A stretch of 64,000 nt of DNA, taken from NCBI RefSeq assembly GCF_037042905.1, contig NC_087251.1, positions 7,318,001 through 7,382,000 on the forward strand, given 5' to 3'. A program made the translations under genes and the position numbers. Below the pieces are notes generated by a model that worked only from the letters and a program-made list of their open reading frames with translations, did not search any database and was not told the DNA's origin. Positions 63,301-64,000 of this stretch are shown piece after piece. This DNA comes from Lytechinus pictus (lineage: Eukaryota). Each line of letters opens with the position of its first letter. Position 1 is the stretch's first letter.

Positions 63301-63800
63301 GTACGATAATATCGTTAGCGAGATGTAAAATTATTGGACATTAATAATAATGTTATAGAAATTACAACAGACGTTGCATGAGTTTGTATATAAACTTATA
63401 GAATTGGCATGTAGGCCTACATCCAAATCAGGATTTTTGAAAAATACGGCTTAAAATAAAGGTGACGAAAGGCAGAAGGAAAGTGGAGGAGGTTAACATC
63501 TAAACTGTACATTTTAATTTGATTCGAATTTCTTTTTTTTTTAATCATCATAATATTTAATCATGGACCATAATGAAAAATCCTCGCCATGTAAAATTTG
63601 TTTGTTTTATTTTGAATAAAAAATGCCCTATTACTGTAAAAAAAAAAATGAAGCGATTAAAAAATACATATATATCTTACTCGGTAAGTTGGAGTGTGCC
63701 TAGTATTTGCATCTCACTTATCTTGGTCACAGTAGCATCATGGCCGCCATAATAGTAAATGATCAACTGTACAAAATGGTAGAGACTGACCGAAAAGAAG
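60098..63800 (-). CDS. SLC51A: Second OSTalpha-like paralog, partial (last four coding exons: 63681-63800, 62663-62774, 61025-61277, 60098-60393)
   Basis: GT-AG exons with phases 2,2,0,1 identical to gene 1, and exon sizes 112 and 253 nt identical. Motifs YYYGG, KICIYQMALLRP, IKF...SNIQ, C.KPF...RG and IVES. Confidence 0.87.
61025..61277 (-). CDS. SLC51A: OSTalpha-like gene 2 exon (ITINDAYVYLN...FDWETRGS)
   Basis: CTTAG| and |GTAAGA, 253 nt. Confidence 0.88.
62663..62774 (-). CDS. SLC51A: OSTalpha-like gene 2 exon (ESFYRLKICIYQMALLRPV...)
   Basis: AACAG| and |GTAACG, 112 nt. Confidence 0.87.
63035..63300. mobile_element. Palindromic MITE, relative of 34208-35374 (intronic)
   Basis: AAAGTTGGTGGAC...GTCCACCAACTTT inner inverted repeat with matching outer arms. 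Confidence 0.6.
63681..63800 (-). CDS. SLC51A: OSTalpha-like gene 2 exon (FFSVSLYHFVQLIIYYYGGHDATVTKISEMQILGTLQLT)
   Basis: CTTTTAG| and |GTAAGA, 120 nt. Confidence 0.82.
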
Positions 63801-64000
63801 CTAAAAGACAATCGCAGATCGATAGGTAAATAAACAAAAAGACAGAGATACAGACAGACATTTAAAAGATATCATTTAGTATATTCAGTATACAGAAAAA
63901 AAAATAGAAGGCGGAGGCAAGATTGGTTGGTCGTTTGAGGGGGGGGGGGGGGTAGGGAGAGTAATAGAAAGATTATCCCCCATCTTCAGACGTCTATCAC

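Noticed and set aside
63681..63766. Shorter alternative exon using the CAG at 63767-63769
   Set aside because: The upstream acceptor at 63801 gives the phase and sequence matching gene 1 exon 4.

Overview
AT-rich, repeat-dense animal genomic DNA, not prokaryotic. The repeat families and gene content suggest a sea urchin or other invertebrate deuterostome (inference). There are three protein-coding genes, all on the minus strand. (1) An intronless class A aminergic GPCR with a histamine H3/H4-type residue signature (25705-26967). (2) A complete 7-coding-exon organic solute transporter alpha (OSTalpha/SLC51A-like) gene of 410 aa (41536-54516). (3) The last four coding exons of a tandem OSTalpha paralog (60098-63800, 5' end outside the window), which lacks the family's cysteine cluster. 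The rest is a transposon mosaic: decayed CR1/L2-group LINEs, tRNA-derived SINEs, Harbinger-, Kolobok-, hAT- and Tc1-type MITEs, a Helentron-like element and minisatellites. The most unusual structure is at 29.1-30.9 kb. It consists of non-coding inverted repeats beside (TA)n tracts that carry five minimal hammerhead-ribozyme motifs, and the two complete plus-strand repeats have a conserved GT-AG intron just upstream of the ribozyme. It looks like a non-autonomous Penelope-like or retrozyme system. Exon boundaries were read from splice sites with phase checks. Many TE boundaries are approximate and TE classes are inferred from termini and TSDs only.
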